A DNA stretch of 64,000 nucleotides, taken from an uncultured Thermococci archaeon. Lineage in GTDB: Archaea; Methanobacteriota_B; Thermococci; Methanofastidiosales; B48-G16. Position numbers and translations under genes: made by a program. Where the stretch lies: contig CAZQQT010000005.1 in assembly GCA_964595645.1 (NCBI GenBank), positions 1 through 64,000 on the forward strand, given 5' to 3'. Positions 29,723 to 38,637 of this stretch are shown piece after piece. The notes below the pieces were generated by a model. The model made no database searches. It had not been told where the DNA came from and saw only the letters and a program-made list of their open reading frames with translations. How positions within the stretch are numbered: position 1 is the first letter of the stretch; every line of letters begins with the position of its first letter.

Positions 29723-30868
29723 CTATAATTCTAAATTATTCACGTCGATTCCAATGTTAGCTATACACTTTTCTAGTTCTTCTCCTTCGGACAGATCAAA
29801 ACTAAGACTGGTATCATACTTCAACTCAACTCTTTTAATGTTATCTTTGTTTTCCTCTAGCGATTCCATCAGTTTATCTATATTCAAAATGTAGCCATCA
29901 ACACTTCTGATACTTTTTTGTTCTTCTTCATTCAACGGCTCACCATTTTTCCCAACCATCTTGATTTTTTTGTCCAAGTCCCCAATATGGTAGTTATCCT
30001 CATCATACACAACCCTTATCAACAATCTTGGGACTTGCCCCACTTTAGAACGGGTAATGAGATTCTTTGTTCCGTTCCAGATTCCATCCATTAGTAGATC
30101 TATATCTTCCTCAGTTAGCCCTGTATATCTAGCTGCATTTTCATTAACTATTCCATAAAATCCGATCAAAGAATATGGGAGTCTATATTCCTCGGAAAAT
30201 TCCGCCTGTTTTTTACCTTTTTCTCTTCCTCGTCCCGGTTCTACGGGCATAGTTATTGAACCTTTGTAAAAATCATAGTCAACTTTATGTAGTGACCTAC
30301 CGAACTTGAATTGTACTGGTCCTGTCTGCTGCACTTGTATATTTCGAACGGCCAATGTCGATCCAAACAATCTCAAGTCTATGAATTTATCAAAGACTTT
30401 TTCTTTGATTACGGTGGTTCTAAGTTCTTCAAATCTCTCATAAATCTCTTTTTTCTCTTCATCACCTCTTTCTTCAACTAAACATCCTAAAAACATCTTT
30501 TTTCTATCGTTAGCACTACTCTCTGTTAATATGGAATGAATTTTTTTCCCAAGATGCTCCTTCTCTTTGTCCTCTAATTCCTCTTCCGCAAGAAGTTCTA
30601 TTAGTTCTTCCTCTAGTTTACGACCTCTAGATTTTATAAGCTCTTCACCTTCTTCGACCACTTTTTCACTCTGAATGAATATATTTTGGTCTTTAAAATC
30701 TCTTAAGTAATCCCGTATTGTCCTTTTCAATCTCACATCAGTAACAATGTTCAAATCTGTTTGCTGGTCGATTCTAGGTTTGTCTTCATCTAACGGATCT
30801 CCATTTGGATTTGCATCACTCACATCATACAGAAATACTATCTCTGACCTATTTTTTATTTCACTCAT
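29723..30868 (-). CDS. cas7: type I-B Cas7b (Csh2) with a helical insertion
   Basis: ANPNGDP, VTDVRLKRTIRDY, DLRLFG, TGPVQF, TRSKVGQ. Confidence 0.95.
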   Translation of the reverse strand: MSEIKNRSEIVFLYDVSDANPNGDPLDEDKPRIDQQTDLNIVTDVRLKRTIRDYLRDFKDQNIFIQSEKVVEEGEELIKSRGRKLEEELIELLAEEELEDKEKEHLGKKIHSILTESSANDRKKMFLGCLVEERGDEEKKEIYERFEELRTTVIKEKVFDKFIDLRLFGSTLAVRNIQVQQTGPVQFKFGRSLHKVDYDFYKGSITMPVEPGRGREKGKKQAEFSEEYRLPYSLIGFYGIVNENAARYTGLTEEDIDLLMDGIWNGTKNLITRSKVGQVPRLLIRVVYDEDNYHIGDLDKKIKMVGKNGEPLNEEEQKSIRSVDGYILNIDKLMESLEENKDNIKRVELKYDTSLSFDLSEGEELEKCIANIGIDVNNLEL

Positions 30869-32753
30869 TTTTTTCACCTTCTACATCCTTTTCCTTCTTC
30901 TCTTTTCTTTTGAATACTCTTCCTAGGTTCAGCCCCAAAGCAAAATAATAGCTAATTTCATTCTTGTTGATGCCCCATCCATCGTTATCCGCAGCTATGA
31001 AATATTGAGAAATCATCTCTTCTAACCATGAGTAATAAGGAGCTTCATATTGTCTTAATTTTTCTGTGATCTCTGGGAACAGATTCTTGATTTTTGATTC
31101 GTCTAACCTCAATCCCCTTAACTTAGATCTAAATGGGGTAGAGTTCCTTTCTCGACTCTGTATGTCCAATAGAAACTTAGTCAGGACCCCTTCTAGAAAT
31201 ACTGCCTTTTTCGCGTTGGTATCGAAAGCTTTAGAGAAATCATCGAAAAAATTCTCTATTCTATTTTCGTTTTTATTAATTTTTTTCTTTATCTCGCTTT
31301 TTTTATTCATACAACCATCACCCCTTAGCAGTTCTAAACTTTTTATCATATCTAACACATACAATGATTTTAAAGCCAATAGCCTTTCATTCCATTCTTC
31401 TTTGACATGACTATATCTTAACTCTCTTACAAACGCTTCAATCAAAACATTTTCCTGAAATTTTTGTTTTGATAAAATATTCCCGATTACATCTAAGAAT
31501 TCCTTATCATGATTTCCAGTATTTTCAGAATCAGGAAAAAAAGTTCTAAGCATCCCCCCAAAAGACATGTATCCAGGATTATTCCCCTTATAGGTACCTC
31601 CTTTAAAACTCCCTACCCATTTATCACCAAAAATGATTTGCAGATTATCTTCTTCAAATATCTCTTTAGAGGTTGTGTTTTTAAAAACATCGATTATTTC
31701 TTTGATCCACGAAGGGGGCACATCTTCTATGTATTTTAAAATGTCAAAATTTTTTCCACCTTGTTTTACTTCGTAAAATACGAAGATTAAGTTTACTACA
31801 CCCTCATTGTTTCGCATATAATATAATATATCATCTTCTTCTGTTAGTAATGATCCCTGGTAATCCTTTTCTTTCAAATTTATAATATCTTCCATTATCT
31901 CTTTTTCTATGCCTCCGAATAAAAATTTGGGTATTACATAAAATCTATAACCATAGAAACGTTTAGAAAGATGCTCATCCATAAAATTTCTTCCTGCCAC
32001 AAGTGTGAGTGTGCATTCTGAACAGATGGGCAACTGTTTCCAAGAATCTACAACATTCAAACTCTGAGCAAAACCTTTTGGATTAACCGTATAAAATGAA
32101 AAAGGCTCTCTAGGCCTTGAAACTTCTTTTTCTTCACCACAAAGGTAACATACCCCCTCTTCTAAAGGCACATCGGGTACCCAGAATTCACTCATGCCTT
32201 CTTCCTTTAAGATACTATTAAATATTTCAAGATCTCCAATATGTTTTTGACCCCCATCCGTTTGAAAGGTAATAGTCAGTAAAGAATTTTTCTTAGAATC
32301 CGATTCAAAAGATTTGAATTTCTGTTTCACATCCGATAATATGTTCTCTTCAATTTCTTTTTCTTCCGTTAGTTTCTCTTTAAGATTTTTAATAAAGTCG
32401 TTAGAAAGATATTTATCAAATTTTCTGAACCAGTATGCTACCCTCCATGAGGTTTTTTCCAAAGTACTAATTTTGTCTGTCGGGGTAATTCTAAATCTAT
32501 GGGAGGGATGATCACGATAAAGATACTTAGTTAATTTTGAAGTATCATAATCCTCGATATGCACACCAGCGTAATCTAACTTACCATTTTCTAAATTAAA
32601 ATCTATGCATATTACTTTTGCATTTCCCTCCTCAATTACTCTTTTGTTAAGTGGCTGATCCACTATTATATTCAACGGTTCAAGGTTCTTATGATCAATT
32701 GCAAATTCTCCTATCTCTTTTACTTCCTTTAACATTTTACTTTTCATCCCCAT
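30861..32753 (-). CDS. cas8b: type I-B Cas8b (Csh1)
   Basis: CYLC...PICSEC Zn finger, FYVIP, C-terminal Cas11-like region (FLEGVL...YYFALG); upstream of cas7. Confidence 0.9.
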   Translation of the reverse strand: MGMKSKMLKEVKEIGEFAIDHKNLEPLNIIVDQPLNKRVIEEGNAKVICIDFNLENGKLDYAGVHIEDYDTSKLTKYLYRDHPSHRFRITPTDKISTLEKTSWRVAYWFRKFDKYLSNDFIKNLKEKLTEEKEIEENILSDVKQKFKSFESDSKKNSLLTITFQTDGGQKHIGDLEIFNSILKEEGMSEFWVPDVPLEEGVCYLCGEEKEVSRPREPFSFYTVNPKGFAQSLNVVDSWKQLPICSECTLTLVAGRNFMDEHLSKRFYGYRFYVIPKFLFGGIEKEIMEDIINLKEKDYQGSLLTEEDDILYYMRNNEGVVNLIFVFYEVKQGGKNFDILKYIEDVPPSWIKEIIDVFKNTTSKEIFEEDNLQIIFGDKWVGSFKGGTYKGNNPGYMSFGGMLRTFFPDSENTGNHDKEFLDVIGNILSKQKFQENVLIEAFVRELRYSHVKEEWNERLLALKSLYVLDMIKSLELLRGDGCMNKKSEIKKKINKNENRIENFFDDFSKAFDTNAKKAVFLEGVLTKFLLDIQSRERNSTPFRSKLRGLRLDESKIKNLFPEITEKLRQYEAPYYSWLEEMISQYFIAADNDGWGINKNEISYYFALGLNLGRVFKRKEKKEKDVEGEKNE

Positions 32754-33239
32754 TGGTCAAAGTGAAAGAATTTCTCATAACATTTTTTTCCTTCAGCCAC
32801 TGTTCTAACACAAATACCCTCCTTTTCAACGGTAAAAAAGGAGTACTTTCATACTCCTATTTTAAGTAGAAACACTGCTATTTAAATCTTTCGGAAAAAA
32901 CTTAATTTCTACATTTTCTAGTAGAGCCTATTAAATAGTTACATTTCATTTCTATCTATTTCACTGATAAGAGAGAGTGACTTTTTCCATACGTCTTCTT
33001 TTTCTTCTTTTCTTCTTCAAGCTTTTCCAAAGTATAACAGACAGTTGCATTTAACATCTCGCAACGTAGTGGTAGAACCGTGTGATACGCATCTGTTCAA
33101 CTATATTCTGTCGGCGTCTACTCCCTAGTAGGTTCATAGAGACATAGTTGGCGGCTTCACTATTACAGAGTATAAACTACTTCTGCTTGATATGGGATTT
33201 ATTCGTATAGATTTCTATTAAAATACTCCAGATCAATTT

Positions 33240-33791
33240 TCAATCTGATGGTGGAATAAAATCTCTTATTTTATCTATGTTAGGATTTATCTTACCATAC
33301 CTAGTCAAAGAAAACATGATATCGATGAGTTCAGGTTTTTCTCTGAGAAATTCCTTATACTCTCTTCGTATCGTATCGTAGTATTTCCTTGCTGTGGCCC
33401 AATCCTTTGCTGCAAACACTATTATCCAATCGTATGTGCCGTTCATGTAAAAGCTATCCACCACTCTCGCACTGCATTTCTCTGCTTTATGACTCACTAC
33501 CCGCTCCATGAGGAGATCAACCTGCTCTTTAGAGATAGGTTCCATCTTCATTAAAATAATGAAAGACTTCCACCCCATTTTTTCCTCATCTATGACTGCA
33601 GTATATCCCCATATCGTCCGATTTTTCTCCAATTCCTTTACTTTTCGCCATATTTTTTGTCTGTACGTATCAAACTTTTCTGCTATCTCAGAAAAGGTCT
33701 GTTTAGGGTTTTTTAACAATTCATTGATGAGATCCTCGTTCTTGTAGAGAGTTGTGTCACAACCGTTAAATTTTTCGCTCATATCTATCAC
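33240..33791 (-). CDS. Lrp/AsnC family transcriptional regulator
   Basis: N-terminal HTH with IWGYTAVID; C-terminal RAM domain with GTYDW. Confidence 0.9.
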   Translation of the reverse strand: MIDMSEKFNGCDTTLYKNEDLINELLKNPKQTFSEIAEKFDTYRQKIWRKVKELEKNRTIWGYTAVIDEEKMGWKSFIILMKMEPISKEQVDLLMERVVSHKAEKCSARVVDSFYMNGTYDWIIVFAAKDWATARKYYDTIRREYKEFLREKPELIDIMFSLTRYGKINPNIDKIRDFIPPSD

Positions 33792-33933
33792 TTTGTCACA
33801 TATAATCCTTACAAAAGTTTAAAAAGTTTACTCTTATACCCTGAACGATGGACAGATGTAACCAACGACGATAGTAAAGTTATGAGTTGCTCAAAGGTTG
33901 CGTCTGTACCAAAGAAACTATAGGAGGTGAAAA

Positions 33934-35169
33934 ATGAAAAAGAAAAGAAAGCTGATCAAAGCAGGAAAAATAATAGATGGGACAGGCCGTGACCCTATCG
34001 AAAACAAAGTGATTGCCATTGAAGAGAATGTCATCAGCTTCATCGGTGATGAAAGTGATCTTAATGAGGAATATGACACCGTTATCGACCTTTCCGAATA
34101 TACAGTGCTACCAGGACTAATAGATTGTCATCTGCACACCAGTTTCAATGGAGAGTCCGATTACTACAATATAGTGTTGGAACAGTCTGCTCCGTATCGA
34201 ACGTTGACATCTCTCCGCAATGTACAGAGCGATCTCAATGCAGGATTTACTACAATACGAGTGATGGGAGAAAAGTCGCATCTGGATATTGCCCTAAAAA
34301 ATGCTATAGAACGAGGCATTGTTGAGGGACCTCGAATAGTAGCAGCAGGACAAAATATCACCGTTACAGGAGGACATGCCGATCTTTGGCTTGCTCCAGA
34401 CATCGAGTACAAACAAGGGCTCGGTGGGATAATCGTTGATGGACCAGAAGAATTTAGAAAGGCCGCAAGAATACAACTCAAACGTGGAGCTGATGTCGTC
34501 AAACTTGTTGTGACGGGAGGAATTATGTCAGCCGGCGGCGATCCCGGAATGCCGTATCATAGCCCCGAAGAGATCAGAGCCGCTGTAGAAGAAGCTCATC
34601 GCCTAGGGAAAAAGGTAGCAGCCCACTGTCACGGCGCAAAAGGAGCAAAAATATCGGTGGAACAGGGAGTTGACACAATAGAACATGGAACATATCTCAT
34701 AGATGAACCTGCTGTAATTGATCTCATGGCCAAAAACAAAGCATTTTTGGTACCAACGTTAAAGGCTACAATACTCCATGAGGACGAAATTGACAATCTT
34801 CCCGATTTCTATGTGAGGAAAACAAAAGAAGCTCAAGGCAAGGCAATTGAAAGCGTGAAATACGCATTAAAAGCCGGCGTACGTATTGCAGCGGGTACAG
34901 ATGCAGGTTCACCCGGTAATAAGCACGGAAAAAATGCCCAAGAACTTGAGATGATGGTTAAAGCAGGGATGTCAGAGATGGAAGCGATTGTAGCCGCTAC
35001 AAAGACCTCAAGTGAGTGTGTCGGGTTGGAGAAAAAAATAGGAACTCTTGAAGAAAAAAAATATGCAGATATTATTGCAGTAAGGAGAGATCCGCTCTCG
35101 GATATCTCAGTTCTGCAGGATGTAGATTTTGTAATGAAAAATGGAGATGTATATAAGGAGGTAAAATAA
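33934..35169 (+). CDS. metal-dependent amidohydrolase (Xaa-Pro dipeptidase-like)
   Basis: PGLIDCHLH, AAHCHG, TIEHG, AGTDAG. Confidence 0.92.
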   Translation: MKKKRKLIKAGKIIDGTGRDPIENKVIAIEENVISFIGDESDLNEEYDTVIDLSEYTVLPGLIDCHLHTSFNGESDYYNIVLEQSAPYRTLTSLRNVQSDLNAGFTTIRVMGEKSHLDIALKNAIERGIVEGPRIVAAGQNITVTGGHADLWLAPDIEYKQGLGGIIVDGPEEFRKAARIQLKRGADVVKLVVTGGIMSAGGDPGMPYHSPEEIRAAVEEAHRLGKKVAAHCHGAKGAKISVEQGVDTIEHGTYLIDEPAVIDLMAKNKAFLVPTLKATILHEDEIDNLPDFYVRKTKEAQGKAIESVKYALKAGVRIAAGTDAGSPGNKHGKNAQELEMMVKAGMSEMEAIVAATKTSSECVGLEKKIGTLEEKKYADIIAVRRDPLSDISVLQDVDFVMKNGDVYKEVK

Positions 35170-36513
35170 ATGGAATTAGAGACAGTACTGTTAGATGTAT
35201 CTATAGTAGCAGCTCTTCTATTGGTAGGAGCAATAATACGTGCTAAGGTAAAAATACTACAACGATATGTAATACCTGCAGCAGTGATTGGGGGTCTCAT
35301 TGGCCTTCTATTGGGACACAACGGACTGGGTGTGCTTCCAACAACACAGGAATACTCACAGTATGCCGCTGTCTTGATTAACCTGGTGTTTGCAGGGATA
35401 TTTATTGGTAGAACGATACCACCATTAAAAAAATTAGGAGAAACTGCAGGAGCACAGACATTTTATGCCGTGTTCAGTAACTTTGGTCAAATAGCTGTAG
35501 GAATGCTAGTAGTCATCGTATTTTCAGCTCTAGGCTATGCGATACACTCTACGTTCGGGATGCAACTCATCCTCGGCTTTCAGGGAGGAGTGGGTGTTCC
35601 TTCGGCCTTCGCCCCCATGTACGAAAACCTGGGATGGACATCCGAGGCTGCTAGAGCTGTAGGAGAAACCTGTGCAGTGACCGGCCTTGTACTATCGATA
35701 GCTATTGGATTCCTTGCAATAAACCTTGGAGTCGTTCGCGGATTTACCAAGAAAAATTTCTTTAAGGAAGGTAAAAGGGTAGAATCTCGTACTTTTGTTC
35801 CCAAAAAAGAGCGTAAGTCGATTGGAAACGGAATAACGAATCCCGAAGCATTGAGTACACTGGCCTATAACTTCGGTTTTATGGCCTTGGCGATATTAGG
35901 CGGGAAGATAGTACAGTGGGCACTCGTCTCGAACTTCTCCCAGCTACGGTTCATACCGCTGTTTCCCTTCGTCCTCGTTGGAGGAATACTAGTACAGATT
36001 ATACTGCAAAAGACCGGTCTAGATGCGTACGTGGATAGAGGAACGGTTGGATCGATTTCATCGATCGCCCTCGACGTGCTGATTGTGACTGCGTTGATAA
36101 GTATACGACCCGATATGGTAGTGATGTACGTCCTCCCACTGACGGTAGTGATTGTACTGGGTATTGTGTTTAACCTATGGCAGATGACTTGGCTTGCTCC
36201 CCGGGTGCTTCCAGGTGCCTGGTTCGAGAAAGCTCTCTCTGAGTGGGGGCAGGGAACAGGATCAACGCCCTCAGCGATGCTTCTTCTCAGATCTGTAGAC
36301 CCGGAACTGGAGACAGGAGCGGCAGAAGCCTTTGGCCTGAAAATGTTCTTCACAAGCCCCACAATGGTGCCGATGCTAATGTTAATCTCGCCAGTTGTTG
36401 TTTCGAGAGGGCCGTTGTTCGTTTTGGGCATTTACCTCGCGGGAATGATCGCCATTATCGTGGGTCTTCGAGCATTCGCGTGGATAAAACGTCCTGATGT
36501 CAAATGGATATAA
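35170..36513 (+). CDS. sodium/glutamate symporter (GltS family)
   Basis: IPAAVIGG, GFQGGVG, GQGTG..LLLRSVDP; multi-TM. Confidence 0.85.
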   Translation: MELETVLLDVSIVAALLLVGAIIRAKVKILQRYVIPAAVIGGLIGLLLGHNGLGVLPTTQEYSQYAAVLINLVFAGIFIGRTIPPLKKLGETAGAQTFYAVFSNFGQIAVGMLVVIVFSALGYAIHSTFGMQLILGFQGGVGVPSAFAPMYENLGWTSEAARAVGETCAVTGLVLSIAIGFLAINLGVVRGFTKKNFFKEGKRVESRTFVPKKERKSIGNGITNPEALSTLAYNFGFMALAILGGKIVQWALVSNFSQLRFIPLFPFVLVGGILVQIILQKTGLDAYVDRGTVGSISSIALDVLIVTALISIRPDMVVMYVLPLTVVIVLGIVFNLWQMTWLAPRVLPGAWFEKALSEWGQGTGSTPSAMLLLRSVDPELETGAAEAFGLKMFFTSPTMVPMLMLISPVVVSRGPLFVLGIYLAGMIAIIVGLRAFAWIKRPDVKWI

Positions 36514-36530
36514 GAGGCTAACGCAAGAAA

Positions 36531-37881
36531 ATGAACGCAGGGAAGTGAGAACATCGGAAAAAAACTTTCGCTTTTCGATGGATGGGTAATCGGTACTGGA
36601 TCAATGATAGGTGCCGCGATATTTGTCGTGAGCGGTGCAATCATTGGAACAGCCGGACCATCCTCTTTTTTATCATTTTTGATTGCCGGAGTTGCTACAT
36701 TAACTGTTGCCCTTTCTTTCTCTAAGCTTGTAACAACATTTCCAGAGAGTAGTGGGGGAATATATGCCTATCCTAAAAAAGTAGTAAAAAAATACGGAAA
36801 ACAGCTTTCCTTCCTCGCAGGATGGTGTTTGTGGGGAGGACAGGGGTTGGGACCTGCTATCGTAGGACTGAGTTTCGCATACTATCTCACGTGGCTGTTG
36901 GATATCCTCGGCCTTTCTTTTACGATAGAAAGAAGGATCATCGCTATTCTTATTATTTTTGTACTTGGAGCTTTTAATAGCAAAGGAACAAACCTCAGCA
37001 AACGAATACAGGCGGTAACGACGTTTTCTATTGTTGTTTGTTTATTAATTTTCTGTTTAACAGGAGTTTTTCATATCGACACTTCTAATTTCACCCCATT
37101 TTTACCGTACGGAACGCAAGGACTGTTAAAAGCTTCTGCCATGGCATCCCTCACCTATGGAGCCTGGTCCACGATCCCCAATGCCTCTCAGGAGTTTTCA
37201 AATCCGAAAAGGGATGTACCACGGAGCATGATATTTTCTTTGGTCACATGTTCAGTTCTGTTTATGTTTGTTATACTGATACAATCCGGTCTCTGCCACT
37301 ATACCTCTCTTTTAAACGCTTCTGCTCCTCTAGCCACAGCCGCATACAAAATAACAAAAAATGCAGGCATTCTTATCGCTTTTGCAGGGCTCTTTGCTAC
37401 AGCTAGCACGTTAAATGGCCTGATCTTCACAGGTTCTCGACTCTTGGCTTCTATGGGTAAAAGTTCACTTCCACAATTCTTGAAAAAAAAACACAAAACA
37501 TTCCACACACCGTATATGGCAATATTATGTACAGTGGCTGGCCAGATTATTTTAGTCATCACCGGCCTCTTCTTGCTAATTGTAGAGATGGTTGTGTTCG
37601 TCACAACAGTTTCTTGGATTATCGGCTGTGTTTCTACACTCGTGCTTAACTATAAGACTGAAGGAAAGATAACGAGCTGCATTTTACCCTTCGTTGCCTT
37701 GATATTCTGTGTAATTTTATGTACTACCCTTGATACGAGGGCGATCCAATTTGGAGTCCTCTGGATTGTATTGGGCCTTGGGGTGCAACAGGTATACGAG
37801 CAAGTTGATAAAGAAAAAATAAAATCGAAGGTTATTTTTCAGGAAAAAGAAGCCTTGGAAGCAATTGATCGGGATCATTAA
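36531..37881 (+). CDS. APC family amino acid permease; N-terminus apparently frameshifted (in-frame ATG at 36604)
   Basis: GSMIGAAIF, PESSGGIY, EFSNPKRDVPR. The TM1 lead-in KKLSLFDGWVIG lies upstream of 36604, and the ATG at 36531 is out of frame. Confidence 0.85.
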
Positions 37882-37980
37882 TACCAAAATCCAGAGGGTG
37901 GTGGATATAGAATTGTCTACACGATCGAGAAGGACGTGGTGAAAGTCATTGACGTGTTCAAACGGGACAAGGGATACTGA
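37882..37980 (+). pseudogene. C-terminal remnant of a RelE-like toxin
   Basis: GGYRIVYTIEKDVVKVIDVFKRDKGY*, with no start codon. Confidence 0.6.
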
Positions 37981-38034
37981 CAGCTCGTGAGGTTAGTACC
38001 CTACGTGCGTGCCACTCACCCTTCAACGAACACT

Positions 38035-38256
38035 TCATTCCCTACTACCACATACAAAAAGCGATGATTCCCCACTCGTAACCGATGGAACTCTTTTTGA
38101 CGCCTCACCAATGATCTCAAGGTTCCTTATGACTGCATCTACAACCATGTCATTTTTTACAAATTCTTCGTAACTCCGATCTTTGATATAGCGCTCGATT
38201 TTATTCATCGCCTCCACTATGTCCTCAATGAATACCTTATATGTCCTTTCCTTCAT
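38035..38256 (-). pseudogene. truncated HEPN/DUF86 (HepT-like) toxin
   Basis: DAVIRNLEIIGEASK is present but the protein ends before the RxxxxH RNase motif. Confidence 0.8.
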
Positions 38257-38537
38257 GCGTATGTAACCTCTTCTAGAATTTTATCCTTTAGTTGTGATTT
38301 TAATGCTTTTACTGTAACTAAGTCAACCTCCCTATCTAGTTCCTTTTCAAGGAATTCTTTGAGATCAATAAATTCCCAACCTATCGGTTCAGAAAACTCC
38401 ACAAGAATATCCACATCGCTTCTTTCAGATTCCTCACCTCTCGCAACAGAACCAAAAACTCCTATCCTCTTTACTTTAAACTTCTTTCTCAGGAAGGGCT
38501 TGTGTTTTTTCAAGGTTTTTTCTATTTCTTTTTGCAT
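38253..38537 (-). CDS. minimal nucleotidyltransferase (MntA-like antitoxin)
   Basis: FGSVARGE...SDVDILV, EVDLVT. Confidence 0.92.
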   Translation of the reverse strand: MQKEIEKTLKKHKPFLRKKFKVKRIGVFGSVARGEESERSDVDILVEFSEPIGWEFIDLKEFLEKELDREVDLVTVKALKSQLKDKILEEVTYA

Positions 38538-38637
38538 ATTCTTATTGTTGTAGTTTTCTTTTTAAATTTTTTTAACAACATTAATATGTTGCACAATTCA
38601 CAGAGCTAGAGCTCATGTTATATTTGGTTAGCAGTGC

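Noticed and set aside
32888-32900. TCGGAA in the cas8b promoter (and in both leaders) as extra targets of the orphan guide
   Set aside because: Only 6 consecutive matches, explained by the BRE consensus.
32905-32942. Possible degenerate repeat upstream of cas8b
   Set aside because: Needs gaps and lacks the conserved repeat end; the region is very AT-rich.
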